From an uncultured Ignavibacteriales bacterium (GTDB taxonomy: Bacteria > Zixibacteria > MSB-5A5 > GN15 > FEB-12), in the NCBI GenBank assembly GCA_964464605.1, contig CAYXJN010000009.1, forward strand, positions 1 to 64,000: a DNA stretch of 64,000 bases, written 5' to 3'. The position numbers and the translations under genes are program-made. Under the pieces are notes generated by a model. The model ran no database searches. It was given only the letters and a program-made list of their open reading frames with translations, and was not told where the DNA came from. Each line of letters starts with the position of its first letter. Within the stretch, counting starts at the first letter, position 1. Positions 46,810 through 56,553 of the stretch are shown here, in pieces.

Positions 46810-48584
46810 TATTCGGTAATGCGTTGATCGCGCGGACGCAGATGAATCTGCGGAAGCGGGCCGGCGGCTTTCAGTCCAAATTCGGTAAACAGCGATTGCC
46901 GCTGTCTGGCGATATGTTCCTGCGCCAGCTGCTCTTTTACGCGCATCCCTATTTCTACTGAATAGGATTCGACACTGCGAATGTCAAAGCGCTTTACCAC
47001 TTTAACAACTTCATAGCCATTTGCCGTTTTTACCGGATAAGACACTTCGCCGACCGGCGTAGTGGTAACGGCATGCCAAAATTCGGGAGATACATCTTTC
47101 TCCCCAATCGCCCCCATATCGGCAAGCGCAACCCGAACACTCGGATCACCGGGGTAGTGCTGTTGGGCTAACTCAAGAAAATCAACGCCGGAAAGCGCCT
47201 GATCCCGCAGGAAGAGTCCGAATGCAGAATCGGGTGCGATGATATGCTGCACGACATATGGTTTGTCAGTCATGAATTCATCGATATGCGCGTTGTAATA
47301 TGCGGTTATTTGCTCAGGGGTCGGTTCCACCAGCGGCGGTTCAAAAGCAAGACGAAGCACCTGCTTTTGATTAAGATGCATAAAGAATACTCTGTCCCTC
47401 GCAATATCCGGCAGGGTATCATATCCCAGTTTGCGCGTTTCCTGCACGATGCGCGCTCGCATCGCTATTTGCTGCGCCATCTCTTTTTTCATTTCGGGGG
47501 TCGAGCGTTCGACATGATATCTGTTTCGATAACCATCTTCGTACGCTCTGAGATCATCGACAAAAATTGAATCCGCTTCATTGACCGTCGCGAACCATGT
47601 GGCGGGGTCGACGACGAACACATCGGCATCAAGCAATGCATCGTTGTAGGCTATGCGTATATCCGCTTTCAGAGAATCGATCAGCTTGCCGCCGAGCGTG
47701 TTCACCCGTTCCATCTGTGCCGAACGAGCCGCCTGAATGTAGAACTCTCCCTCCATCGGCTGCAGACCCGCGGTTACCTTTTCGGTTACCATCATAATAT
47801 GCCAGCCATCTTTATCCCGATACGGCATCGATACCTCACCGGAATCGAGTGAGAAGGTAACCGAATCAAACGGGTCTAAATAGACACCGCGCGTCACCCA
47901 GCCAAGTTCTCCGCCCGTTACATCGGCATCGGCAGCATGCGAATATGTTCTGGCGACCTCCGGAAATTTTTCCGGAGAAGTAATTTGTGAACGGACAAAC
48001 AGAGCATATTCATATGCCTTTTCCATCCGCTTATCCGCCGACAACGGCCGATAGACAAGCGAATCCTTCCCGTTCACCAAATGAAGCGGCGTAATCAAGA
48101 TTGTGCTGGCGAGTACCTGCTCGGGAAGCGTGAACTGTTCCGGATGGGCGTGGTAGTAATCGGCGATAGTTTGTGAATCGACCGTCGCCGAGGTGCCGAT
48201 CTGTTTGTCGAAATACGTTCTGGTCAAGAGATCCAAATAGCGAATCCGGTAGATACGGTAAAAATCGAAGTATTTGTCCAACTGCACCTGCGGCGCTTTG
48301 AGGCCCAAAAGCGTATCGACTAAAACGCTATCGACAAACGACTGTAACCGCTCCGCTGAAAGAATTCCTCCCTTCGGCAATACACGGGACTCTTCGAGCA
48401 TGCCATACAACTCAGGCAGGGTAAGTTGATACCCCGCATTGGTCGTATACAGGACTTTATTGTTACGGTTGATCGTTTCATGGGTAACCAGCGTCGATCC
48501 GCCGCCGCACGACAACACGCCTGCCGTTACAACAAGCAGCGCGAAAAGCGACCAAGGGGTTATTCGGGAGGTATTCGTCATCAT
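46809..48584 (-). CDS. SurA/PpiD-like peptidyl-prolyl cis-trans isomerase (parvulin domain) lipoprotein
   Basis: Signal peptide with LSC. Chaperone-like N-domain and a parvulin PPIase segment (GGELGWVTRGVYLDPFDSVTFSL...DGWHIMMV). Confidence 0.7.
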   Translation of the reverse strand: MMTNTSRITPWSLFALLVVTAGVLSCGGGSTLVTHETINRNNKVLYTTNAGYQLTLPELYGMLEESRVLPKGGILSAERLQSFVDSVLVDTLLGLKAPQVQLDKYFDFYRIYRIRYLDLLTRTYFDKQIGTSATVDSQTIADYYHAHPEQFTLPEQVLASTILITPLHLVNGKDSLVYRPLSADKRMEKAYEYALFVRSQITSPEKFPEVARTYSHAADADVTGGELGWVTRGVYLDPFDSVTFSLDSGEVSMPYRDKDGWHIMMVTEKVTAGLQPMEGEFYIQAARSAQMERVNTLGGKLIDSLKADIRIAYNDALLDADVFVVDPATWFATVNEADSIFVDDLRAYEDGYRNRYHVERSTPEMKKEMAQQIAMRARIVQETRKLGYDTLPDIARDRVFFMHLNQKQVLRLAFEPPLVEPTPEQITAYYNAHIDEFMTDKPYVVQHIIAPDSAFGLFLRDQALSGVDFLELAQQHYPGDPSVRVALADMGAIGEKDVSPEFWHAVTTTPVGEVSYPVKTANGYEVVKVVKRFDIRSVESYSVEIGMRVKEQLAQEHIARQRQSLFTEFGLKAAGPLPQIHLRPRDQRITE

Positions 48585-48642
48585 ATCAAGTCAGGTAAGT
48601 TATACACTGACCGATGAAAAGCAACGCAAAAAGGGGAAGAAA

Positions 48643-50349
48643 TTATTGGGCGGCTGGGACTTCGGCGGTAACCGGTTGCTCGACATATCCGTTGAGTTCT
48701 TTGCCGTATGACTTGAACTGAATACGAAATGTTGTTCCACGACCGGCAGCGGAATCGACAGACAGAAAAAGCTGCAGCGCTGTCGCAAGCCGATGGACGA
48801 TGGCCAGGCCTAATCCGGTTCCCTGTTTTTTGGTCGAAAAGAAGGGCTGGAAAATTTTCTTCTGATGCTCTTCCGGAATGCCGGGACCGTTGTCACGAAT
48901 TTCCAGTATAACCTGGTCGGTATACTGCGCCGGATGCAGAATAAACCTGACCTCCCCCGGTTTGCCGTCGAATGCCTCGCAGGCATTTATGGCTATGTTA
49001 TACAATAGCTGCTTTATCATATCTTCGTCCCCCGTGACATAGCAGATACTTACCGGAGAATCGAATGAGACACGAACCGTTTTGTTGAACTGCGCGTGAT
49101 GAAACAAGAGTTGAATGACATCACCGATCACGTGACACAGTTCTACTTTGTTGTACAAAGGCCTGTCGATTTTGGCATAAAGCAGGAAGTCTTTCAGAAC
49201 TCTGTTAAGCCGCTGCGATTCTTTGACAATTAGCTCCATCAACCTTGAGTTTTCTCCGTCCAGCGGCATCTCTTTTTGCAAGACTTCTACCGAACCGGAA
49301 ATAGCCGCAAGCGGGTTGCGGATTTCATGGGCAATCGAAGCGGATAATTCGCCGATAGCCGCCAGCCGGTCGGCCACACGAACTTTTTGTTCCAGCATTT
49401 TCGCTTCCGTCAAATCGGAAAAAATAGCGATCACGCCGCGCAGGCCGCTTTGTTCATCGACAAGTATCGAAGTGGAAAGACCGAGCGGTATGGTTGTTCC
49501 CTGCGGCGTGGTAATGGTAATCTCTTTACGCGGGTTTGATTCATTATGTTCGACACCGTTCATTAAGGTACCGGTCAGTTCCGGCATGAATTCGGAAAAG
49601 ACATCACTGCAAAGCATCCCTTTGACTGCTTCTTCTCTGTATCCAAGTATCCGCTCAGCAGAACGGTTGAAATAGACAATCCTCCCTTCCGCATCAACGG
49701 TCAAAAGCCCTGAGTTGAGATGCTTGAGAATTTCATCCGTTTCCAACCTCGCTTTACGAAGCGCCTGAGAAGCATCGGCAAGCTGTTGATCCTGCTTTTG
49801 CAGCCGTTCGGCAAGATATCCGGCGATAAAGGCAACTAAGTAGAAAATGAGGATATGCAAAAACAGCGTGTAGAAAACATTGTCACCGGCATCTAAAATA
49901 GTTTTTAACGATTGCAGCGCTATTTCGGAACTGCCGCTTTGGCTTACCCCCATCCAGACTATAATGGTGTAGGCAGCCGACACCAGCGAAGCAACCATCA
50001 GCGTTCCGACCAACCGATAGGCAAGCGCGGCCGATACGATGGTCAAAAGGAAAAGGGCTGAATATGAAGAGCTGTAATTACCCGTTGTGTAAATGATACC
50101 TGAGTCGATTGCTATTTCAAACAGGAACTGCAGCCCGACCAAAACGCTGATGACGTTTGAAAAACGGCGGGTTTTGTTGAACGCAAGAAACAACCCGAAA
50201 GTCAGCGTCAAAACGGAATAGACCACAAACGGAAACTGCAAAAACCCGGGATACTTCATCCAGAGCACGACAAGTGAAAACAGGATGATGTAAGAAACTA
50301 TCCGAAGCGGGAGAAAGAAGCCGAGTTTGCGTACGTGAGTCATTGCCAT
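48643..50349 (-). CDS. Sensor histidine kinase (6-TM N-terminal domain, PAS, HisKA, HATPase), PilS-like by context
   Basis: H-box AHEIRNPLAAISGS; N, G1 and G2 boxes (DNGPGIPEEHQ, GTGLGL). Lies immediately downstream of pilC, as pilS does in the myxobacterial pil cluster. No adjacent response regulator. Confidence 0.8.
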   Translation of the reverse strand: MAMTHVRKLGFFLPLRIVSYIILFSLVVLWMKYPGFLQFPFVVYSVLTLTFGLFLAFNKTRRFSNVISVLVGLQFLFEIAIDSGIIYTTGNYSSSYSALFLLTIVSAALAYRLVGTLMVASLVSAAYTIIVWMGVSQSGSSEIALQSLKTILDAGDNVFYTLFLHILIFYLVAFIAGYLAERLQKQDQQLADASQALRKARLETDEILKHLNSGLLTVDAEGRIVYFNRSAERILGYREEAVKGMLCSDVFSEFMPELTGTLMNGVEHNESNPRKEITITTPQGTTIPLGLSTSILVDEQSGLRGVIAIFSDLTEAKMLEQKVRVADRLAAIGELSASIAHEIRNPLAAISGSVEVLQKEMPLDGENSRLMELIVKESQRLNRVLKDFLLYAKIDRPLYNKVELCHVIGDVIQLLFHHAQFNKTVRVSFDSPVSICYVTGDEDMIKQLLYNIAINACEAFDGKPGEVRFILHPAQYTDQVILEIRDNGPGIPEEHQKKIFQPFFSTKKQGTGLGLAIVHRLATALQLFLSVDSAAGRGTTFRIQFKSYGKELNGYVEQPVTAEVPAAQ

Positions 50350-50363
50350 TCTTAAATAACAAC

Positions 50364-50381
50364 GGCGCCCGGTGGGGCGCC
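50364..50381 (-). terminator. Possible GC-rich hairpin terminator/attenuator after pilC
   Basis: GGCGCCC-GGTG-GGGCGCC perfect hairpin. The downstream T-tract on the minus strand is weak (GTTGTTATTTAAG). Confidence 0.35.
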
Positions 50382-50428
50382 GTCGATTGGTTTTACATAC
50401 TCGTTCGTTTCAGCATCGCGAGCGCGCG

Positions 50429-51628
50429 TTACTGAATCTTCCCGATGATATCAAACATCGGCAGGTACATGGCAACCAGAATGGCGCCGATGACCACACC
50501 CATAAAGACGATAATAATCGGTTCAATAATCGATGTCAGCGCGGTTACCGCTTCATCGACTTCTTCGTCGTAGAAATCGGCAATTTTGCTGAGCATATCG
50601 TCGAGTCCGCCGGTTTTTTCACCGACTGAAATCATCTGCGTTACCATCGGCGGGAACACACCGGATTCCTTCAGCGGACCGGTAATCGTTTCACCTTCGG
50701 CAATCGACATAACGGATTTGTTAATCGCGTTAGAAATAACCAGGTTGCCGGCCGTCTTTGCGGTAATTTCAAGAGCATCAAGAATCGATACACCCGAAGA
50801 TAACAGCGTTCCAAGCGTACGGGTAAACCGGGCGATTGACGATTTGCGTACGAGCGTACCAAGTACCGGCGAGCGGAGCAATACTTTGTCGAAAGTAAGC
50901 GCACCCGATGGCGTCCGCTTCCACCAGAAGAAAATACCGCCAAGGCCGATCATACCGAGCAAGATGTACATTATGTTGGTACGCAAAAAGTTTGAGGCGC
51001 CCAATACCGCAGCGGTCGGACCGGGAAGGTCGGCACCGAGACCTGAGAACATCTTGGCAAACACCGGCACGATAAAGGTCAACATACCGAAGGTAACACC
51101 GACGGCGACGATCACAATAACCGCCGGATAGACCATTGCACCTTTTACTTTACGAATCAACCGGTCAGCCTTTTCACGGTAAACGGCCAGACGAACCAAA
51201 ATAGCATCCAGCGCACCGCCGACTTCACCAGCCTCAACCATGTTGGTATACAGCTGATCGAAAATCTTCGGGTGACGGGCCAATGCTTCGGACAACGTTG
51301 CACCACCCTGGACGCTTTCTTTTACCTGTGAGATAATTTTTCCGAATTCTTTGTTTTCCGTTTGCGTCGAAAGAATTTCCAGACACTGCACCATCGGCAA
51401 ACCTGCACCGATCATGGTAGCAAACTGACGGGTAAAGCGGGAGATTTCGACTTTCTTGACTCCCGTTCCGAACTTGATATTTATCTCCGGCGCCCGCTTG
51501 GATATATTGGTCACCATGATCTTGTTTTGACGCAGAACGCGTTCAAGGTCCTCACGGCTTTTCGCTTTCAGCGAACCCTGAACGGCGGCGCCAGCGAGCG
51601 TCTTTCCTTTGTATTCAAATACCGGCAT
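50429..51628 (-). CDS. pilC: Type IV pilus inner-membrane platform protein PilC (GspF family)
   Basis: 399 aa; two GspF repeats with three TM helices. Confidence 0.9.
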   Translation of the reverse strand: MPVFEYKGKTLAGAAVQGSLKAKSREDLERVLRQNKIMVTNISKRAPEINIKFGTGVKKVEISRFTRQFATMIGAGLPMVQCLEILSTQTENKEFGKIISQVKESVQGGATLSEALARHPKIFDQLYTNMVEAGEVGGALDAILVRLAVYREKADRLIRKVKGAMVYPAVIVIVAVGVTFGMLTFIVPVFAKMFSGLGADLPGPTAAVLGASNFLRTNIMYILLGMIGLGGIFFWWKRTPSGALTFDKVLLRSPVLGTLVRKSSIARFTRTLGTLLSSGVSILDALEITAKTAGNLVISNAINKSVMSIAEGETITGPLKESGVFPPMVTQMISVGEKTGGLDDMLSKIADFYDEEVDEAVTALTSIIEPIIIVFMGVVIGAILVAMYLPMFDIIGKIQ

Positions 51629-51658
51629 GCGACTGATCCTTCCCTTGTCCGCTACAGC

Positions 51659-52732
51659 TTAGCTGTAAGCCGGAGTTTTCTGACGCGAGAGCATTTCCGA
51701 AAGCTCCTGCGGGTTGCTTGAATATCCCATGGCGTCGTTGATTGAAATTTTGTTGGTCGTGTACAACTCGGCCAGTGACTGATTCATGGTTTTCATTCCG
51801 TACTTCTGTCCTGATTGAATCATGGAGTAAATCTGATGCACCTTGTCATCGCGGATAAGCGCGCGAATGGCAGGGGTAACAATCAGAATTTCCAGCGCGG
51901 CAACACGTCCACCGCCGATTTTCGGAATAAGGTTTTGCGAGACAATTGCCTGCAGCGAGAAGGAAAGCGAGATACGCACCTGCTCCTGCTGGTTGGTCGG
52001 GAACGAATCGACAATACGGTTGATCGATTCCGCAGCCGAGTTCGTGTGCAACGTTGCAAACGCCAAGTGACCGGTTTCGGCAATCGACAAGGCGGATTCT
52101 ATCGTTTCCAGGTCGCGCATTTCACCGACCAGCACCACATCCGGATCTTCACGCAGCGCATACTTCAGAGCCGCAGCAAAGGAATTGGTATCCGAATACA
52201 CTTCACGCTGATTTACCAGCGCCATCTGGTGGCGGTGCAAATATTCGATCGGGTCTTCAACGGTGATAATATGCACCGGACGTTCTTTGTTGATCTTATC
52301 GATCACGGATGCCAGCGTCGTCGATTTACCCGAACCGGTCGGTCCGGTAACGAGTACCAGCCCGCGCGGCAGTTTGGAAAATTCAGCGATGACTTTAGGC
52401 AACCCGAGTTCTTCGAAGGTGAGAATCTTGTACGGAATCTGACGCAGCACCACTGCCACATTACCGCGCTGCATGAACATATTGCAGCGGAAGCGGCTCA
52501 TCGATTCGATACCGAACGAAAAATCGAGTTCAGAATTCTGTTCGAATTTCTGTTTCTGCTTTTCATTCAACATGGAATAGGAAAGCTTTTTTGTCTGATC
52601 GCTGGTCAAGGCATCATGATTGAGCCGGGTAAGCTTACCGTCGATACGAACGACTGGCGGAGACCCCACTGTGAGATGGAGATCCGAAGCATTCATCTTT
52701 ACCATCTGTTCTAATAATTCGCGTAATGTCAC
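51659..52732 (-). CDS. pilT: Type IV pilus retraction ATPase PilT
   Basis: Walker A GPTGSGKST, Asp box, His box, and the AIRALIRD motif (PilT AIRNLIRE-type). Confidence 0.9.
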   Translation of the reverse strand: MTLRELLEQMVKMNASDLHLTVGSPPVVRIDGKLTRLNHDALTSDQTKKLSYSMLNEKQKQKFEQNSELDFSFGIESMSRFRCNMFMQRGNVAVVLRQIPYKILTFEELGLPKVIAEFSKLPRGLVLVTGPTGSGKSTTLASVIDKINKERPVHIITVEDPIEYLHRHQMALVNQREVYSDTNSFAAALKYALREDPDVVLVGEMRDLETIESALSIAETGHLAFATLHTNSAAESINRIVDSFPTNQQEQVRISLSFSLQAIVSQNLIPKIGGGRVAALEILIVTPAIRALIRDDKVHQIYSMIQSGQKYGMKTMNQSLAELYTTNKISINDAMGYSSNPQELSEMLSRQKTPAYS

Positions 52733-52874
52733 CTGTTGTCTCCGCTCCAGTTTGTTGGAATTCTTTACTATCGAGTATATCGGCGGAAACAGCCGATTTC
52801 TTGACTATGGAAGGGTCGATTTTAGGGAAGTAAGTTATTGAGCAGTAAAGCGGTAAAAGAGACTAAAAACAGGC

Positions 52875-54569
52875 TTAGGCAGTAACGCCGAAAACCTCAT
52901 CCACGCCGACCAGACCCTGTTTCATCTTGTCTACGGCGCACATACGCAGGCTGAACATCCCCTCCTCCAAAGCCACTTTACGGATTTCGGTATCCGGAGC
53001 TCTTTGGAGGATTAGGGCCTCAATGGCCGGGCTGATGGGCATAACCTCATACAGACCGGTACGGCCGGAACGGCCGGTCTGGTTGCATTCACTGCAACCG
53101 GTAGCTTCGAAGGCACGGATATTTCGTAGCAGCTCTTTCGGCATATTCAACCCGTCTACCTGCTGCGGCGTCAGGTTGATTTCATGCTTACAGGACTGGC
53201 AAAGCTTACGAACCATTCGCTGGGCCATAATCAGTTTGGTTGCCGAGGCAACCAGATAGAACGGAATATTCATATCGATCAAACGAGTGACCGATGAAGG
53301 CGCATCGTTGGTGTGAAGCGTCGAAAACACCAAGTGCCCCGTGAGCGCGGCACGAATAGCGATTTCTGCCGTTTCGGTATCACGAATTTCACCGACCATG
53401 ATAATGTCCGGGTCCTGTCGCAAGAACGAGCGCAAGGCTGCGGCGAAGGTTAACCCGATATCGCTTTTTACTGCGACTTGGTTGATGCCGTCGAAGTTGA
53501 ACTCGACCGGATCTTCGGCGGTCATGATGTTCACGTCTACTGTATTCAATGTCTTAAGAGCGGAATACAGCGTCGTTGTTTTACCCGAACCGGTAGGCCC
53601 CGTTACCAGAATAATACCGAACGGTGAACTCAGTTTATCCTGAAATTTCTTAAGGTCTTCTTCTCTAAATCCAAGTCGCGTCATGTCGACCATGAGCGCC
53701 ATCGGATCGAGAATTCGCATAACGACTTTTTCGCCGTAAATTGTCGGCAGAACGGACACACGCAAGTCGACCGTGCGGCCGGCGATTTTGATTTTGATAC
53801 GACCATCCTGCGGCAAACGCCGTTCGGAAATATCGAGATCGGCCATAATTTTTACGCGCGATATAATTGCCGCGCGATATTTAAACGGCAGTGGCGCCAT
53901 TTCACGCAAATCACCGTCGATACGATAGCGTACGCGAATCCGTTTTTCGTACATTTCAAGATGGATATCAGATGCGCGCGTTCTGATCGCGTCGCCGATA
54001 ATCGAGTCTACCAGCTTAACGAGCGGTTTGTCCTGAATTGCAGACAACAAATCAGAGTCGGTAGGCGCATCATCATTTTCGACGATCTCCAGCCCGCCGC
54101 TGTCGTCTTCGAGTCCTTTGACGATTTCAGAAAGACCGCTGCCATCTTTGTAAAACATGTAGATCGCCTTTTCGATGGCGGCTTCCGGCGAGATAACCGG
54201 CTGAACGGTGCAGCCCGTAATAAATTTGATGGCATCGATAACGTAAATATTGTTCGGATCGCTTATCGCGACGAGGATATTCTTATTGATCTTGGATATG
54301 GCGATGACTTTGAACTTGCGGGCAATATCAAGCGGGATGAGCTTGACGACTTCCGGATTCAACTCGATATCACTTAAGCGAAGCGCGCCGATTTTGAGGT
54401 GCTTGCCGACTAATTTGGCAACCTCATCCTCGGACTGTACGGCACCAACCTGCACTAATGCGGTTTCGAATTTCTCTTTCTTATTCCGCACTAAGGCAAG
54501 CGCCTGATCGACCTGCTCTTGTGAAACCTGACCGGCTTTTACCAGTAAGGATGCCAGTTCTGTTGACAT
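52875..54569 (-). CDS. pilB: Type IV pilus assembly ATPase PilB (GspE family)
   Basis: N-terminal GspII_E_N domain, Walker A GPTGSGKTTT, tetracysteine motif CQSC...CSEC. Confidence 0.9.
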   Translation of the reverse strand: MSTELASLLVKAGQVSQEQVDQALALVRNKKEKFETALVQVGAVQSEDEVAKLVGKHLKIGALRLSDIELNPEVVKLIPLDIARKFKVIAISKINKNILVAISDPNNIYVIDAIKFITGCTVQPVISPEAAIEKAIYMFYKDGSGLSEIVKGLEDDSGGLEIVENDDAPTDSDLLSAIQDKPLVKLVDSIIGDAIRTRASDIHLEMYEKRIRVRYRIDGDLREMAPLPFKYRAAIISRVKIMADLDISERRLPQDGRIKIKIAGRTVDLRVSVLPTIYGEKVVMRILDPMALMVDMTRLGFREEDLKKFQDKLSSPFGIILVTGPTGSGKTTTLYSALKTLNTVDVNIMTAEDPVEFNFDGINQVAVKSDIGLTFAAALRSFLRQDPDIIMVGEIRDTETAEIAIRAALTGHLVFSTLHTNDAPSSVTRLIDMNIPFYLVASATKLIMAQRMVRKLCQSCKHEINLTPQQVDGLNMPKELLRNIRAFEATGCSECNQTGRSGRTGLYEVMPISPAIEALILQRAPDTEIRKVALEEGMFSLRMCAVDKMKQGLVGVDEVFGVTA

Positions 54570-54633
54570 ACCAGTAGTCTATTCGCTCCTAACAGTCGTT
54601 GTTGCTCTCCCGAATCACACCCAAACGCGGGTG

Positions 54634-55125
54634 CTAATCCTGGAAAATATCATCCAAGCGGTTTTCCGCCTGGGAGGCAAAATCTCCGGCAAGCTGCGGC
54701 TTGCTGTTTTGATTGGAGTTCGCCTGAATCTGATTGAAAATCGCGCCCAATGCCTGTGAGGTTTCACGCGCATACAGACGCACCATGCCGATAGTCGTGC
54801 GGTCATCGAAGATCACCACAAGAATCGAGCGTTCACCCACCAGTGACATGTGGATGTGGTCCTTTTTACCCTGATGGAACAAGACCGAAAATTCCGGTTC
54901 GCCGACCAGGCGGGCGATCTCTTTCGTCGAGGCAAATGACCCCGCCAAAAGCGCCGCTAAAGCCGTCGTATCAAGTGAGTGCGTGAATCCCTGACGGGTA
55001 ATCAGGTGTCCATCCTTGTCAACCAGCAAGGCGCACTTCGCTTCGGCTTGTTTGAGCATTTTCGAGATTATCGCATCTATTGCGCGAATCTCTTCTTCGT
55101 AAATGACGAGCGAATCATCAGCCAT
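54634..55125 (-). CDS. mglB: MglB (roadblock/LC7 GAP of MglA)
   Basis: Closely resembles the remembered Myxococcus MglB sequence (LVIYEEE...LVDKDGHLI...GENEF...FHQGKKD...VVIFD) and has an acidic C-terminal tail. Confidence 0.8.
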   Translation of the reverse strand: MADDSLVIYEEEIRAIDAIISKMLKQAEAKCALLVDKDGHLITRQGFTHSLDTTALAALLAGSFASTKEIARLVGEPEFSVLFHQGKKDHIHMSLVGERSILVVIFDDRTTIGMVRLYARETSQALGAIFNQIQANSNQNSKPQLAGDFASQAENRLDDIFQD

Positions 55126-55148
55126 ATAATCCTCAGCCTCCTTACCGG

Positions 55149-56207
55149 CTATCGAATACCAAATAATCGTTTAAAGAATCCCCGCTTCTTGGCTTCCGGA
55201 CGCCGTTTGAGCGGCGGAGCCATGGCAGGACGAATCCGACCACTATCATTCATCATATCATCAGCACCTTTCGCGTCATCGAGCATAAACGGCCGCGTGA
55301 CAGTCGAGGTGGCGGATTCAGGAGTACTGCTGCCATACAAACCGGCAGCAGGGTTACGTCTTTCCGCGGTGGCAACGGAACCTTGTGAGGCTCCAGATGA
55401 ACCGGGATACGGACGGTAGCTGTCAGTGGACGTTGCCGCCGGCGCAAAGGACGGTTCGACCGGCGCACCGAACCCGGTGCGGGAAGGGGTTTCAGCCGCC
55501 GATCCAAACGGGGAGGGGGACGAAGCTGCCGCAGCGGCGGTCGGATAGCTTGGAATTTCCGGTTGCGGCGCAGGCTGCGCAACGGCAGCAGGAGCGGCAA
55601 CGGCGGACGGACGGGTGCGCGCTTTGGTCGTCTTCGCTTTTTCCAGCACCAGTTTGATAACTAATTTCAAAGTATCAAACACACCGGTTCCGGAAGGCGC
55701 AGCCGCTTCGAAATGCGGCCAGTTGTGCGTATTCAGTTTCGCGTTAAGTTCATCAACCGAAAGCACACCCGGTAAATCCCGTTTGTTGTATTGAATCACG
55801 ATTGGGACTTCATTAACGTCGTATCCGTACTCTCGTAAGTTCTCTTCAAGATTCAAAAGCGATTCGATGTTCTCATCCATTTTGTCCGGCTGGCTGTCGG
55901 CGACAAACACGACACCATCAACACCGCGCAGCACTAACTTACGGGTCGCGTTGTAATAGACCTGACCGGGAACGGTGTACAACTGAAAGCGGGCGGCGAA
56001 ACCGTTGATCGTTCCAATGTTGATCGGAAGAAAGTCAAAATAGAGCGTGCGATCAGCTTCCGTTGCCAATGAAATCAAATTGCCGCGCGTGTTCTGCGGC
56101 ACTTTGGAATGGACATACTGCAGATTGGTGGTTTTACCGGATAAGCCGGGACCATAGTACACAATCTTGCAGCAGACTTCCCGTGCTGAATAATTAATTG
56201 ATACCAT
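55149..56207 (-). CDS. mglA: MglA Ras-like GTPase with ~160-aa disordered C-terminal extension ending in an amphipathic helix
   Basis: Residues 1-195 are near-identical in motifs to MglA ([43 protein letters not shown]). They are followed by an Ala/Pro/Ser-rich tail and a terminal [13 protein letters not shown]. Confidence 0.85.
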   Translation of the reverse strand: MVSINYSAREVCCKIVYYGPGLSGKTTNLQYVHSKVPQNTRGNLISLATEADRTLYFDFLPINIGTINGFAARFQLYTVPGQVYYNATRKLVLRGVDGVVFVADSQPDKMDENIESLLNLEENLREYGYDVNEVPIVIQYNKRDLPGVLSVDELNAKLNTHNWPHFEAAAPSGTGVFDTLKLVIKLVLEKAKTTKARTRPSAVAAPAAVAQPAPQPEIPSYPTAAAAASSPSPFGSAAETPSRTGFGAPVEPSFAPAATSTDSYRPYPGSSGASQGSVATAERRNPAAGLYGSSTPESATSTVTRPFMLDDAKGADDMMNDSGRIRPAMAPPLKRRPEAKKRGFFKRLFGIR

Positions 56208-56208
56208 A

Positions 56209-56553
56209 TCACCCGACTGCTTTCAGTTTGTTGATCGCGTTTTTGATTTCCAGCCGGATCAGGCCGATGTTGATATCCCTTTCGGTTGTCACGACTAAAA
56301 TGCCGCGACCGCCGGAATCTGTGAAAAACATCTTTCCGTTTTCCGCTTCAATCGTCACCTGACGTAAATTGCTGGTCTGCAAACGCTCGAGCGACTTCTG
56401 AATGTTGGACGTAATAGAAGCTGCCAGCGCACCGACAGTTTCTCCTTCAAACGAAGTCGAAAGATCGGCCGCGATAACGATGCCGTCATTACCGACAACC
56501 ATCGAACCGGTGATACCGGATGTCTTATTCAGTTCACTGAGTACTTGATACAT
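56209..56553 (-). CDS. Roadblock/LC7 domain protein (MglB paralogue, MglC-like)
   Basis: Start placed at [10 protein letters not shown]. Roadblock-like pattern ([16 protein letters not shown]...[20 protein letters not shown]). Its stop is 1 nt from the mglA start. Confidence 0.6.
   Translation of the reverse strand: MYQVLSELNKTSGITGSMVVGNDGIVIAADLSTSFEGETVGALAASITSNIQKSLERLQTSNLRQVTIEAENGKMFFTDSGGRGILVVTTERDINIGLIRLEIKNAINKLKAVG

Noticed and set aside
51815-52714. 299-aa plus-strand ORF antisense to pilT
   Set aside because: Arg/His-rich low-complexity translation typical of the antisense of a conserved ATPase gene. PilT on the minus strand has clear Walker motifs.
52733-52874. ATCGGC-ggaaaca-GCCGAT hairpin between pilB and pilT
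   Set aside because: No T-tract follows on the coding (minus) strand. Probably not a terminator; at most an mRNA processing or stability element.
55253-55657. ORFs 55253-55600 (minus) and 55385-55657 (plus) inside the mglA tail region
   Set aside because: GC-rich low-complexity DNA encoding the Ala/Pro/Ser tail gives open frames in several phases. The mglA frame is continuous, so no frameshift is needed.
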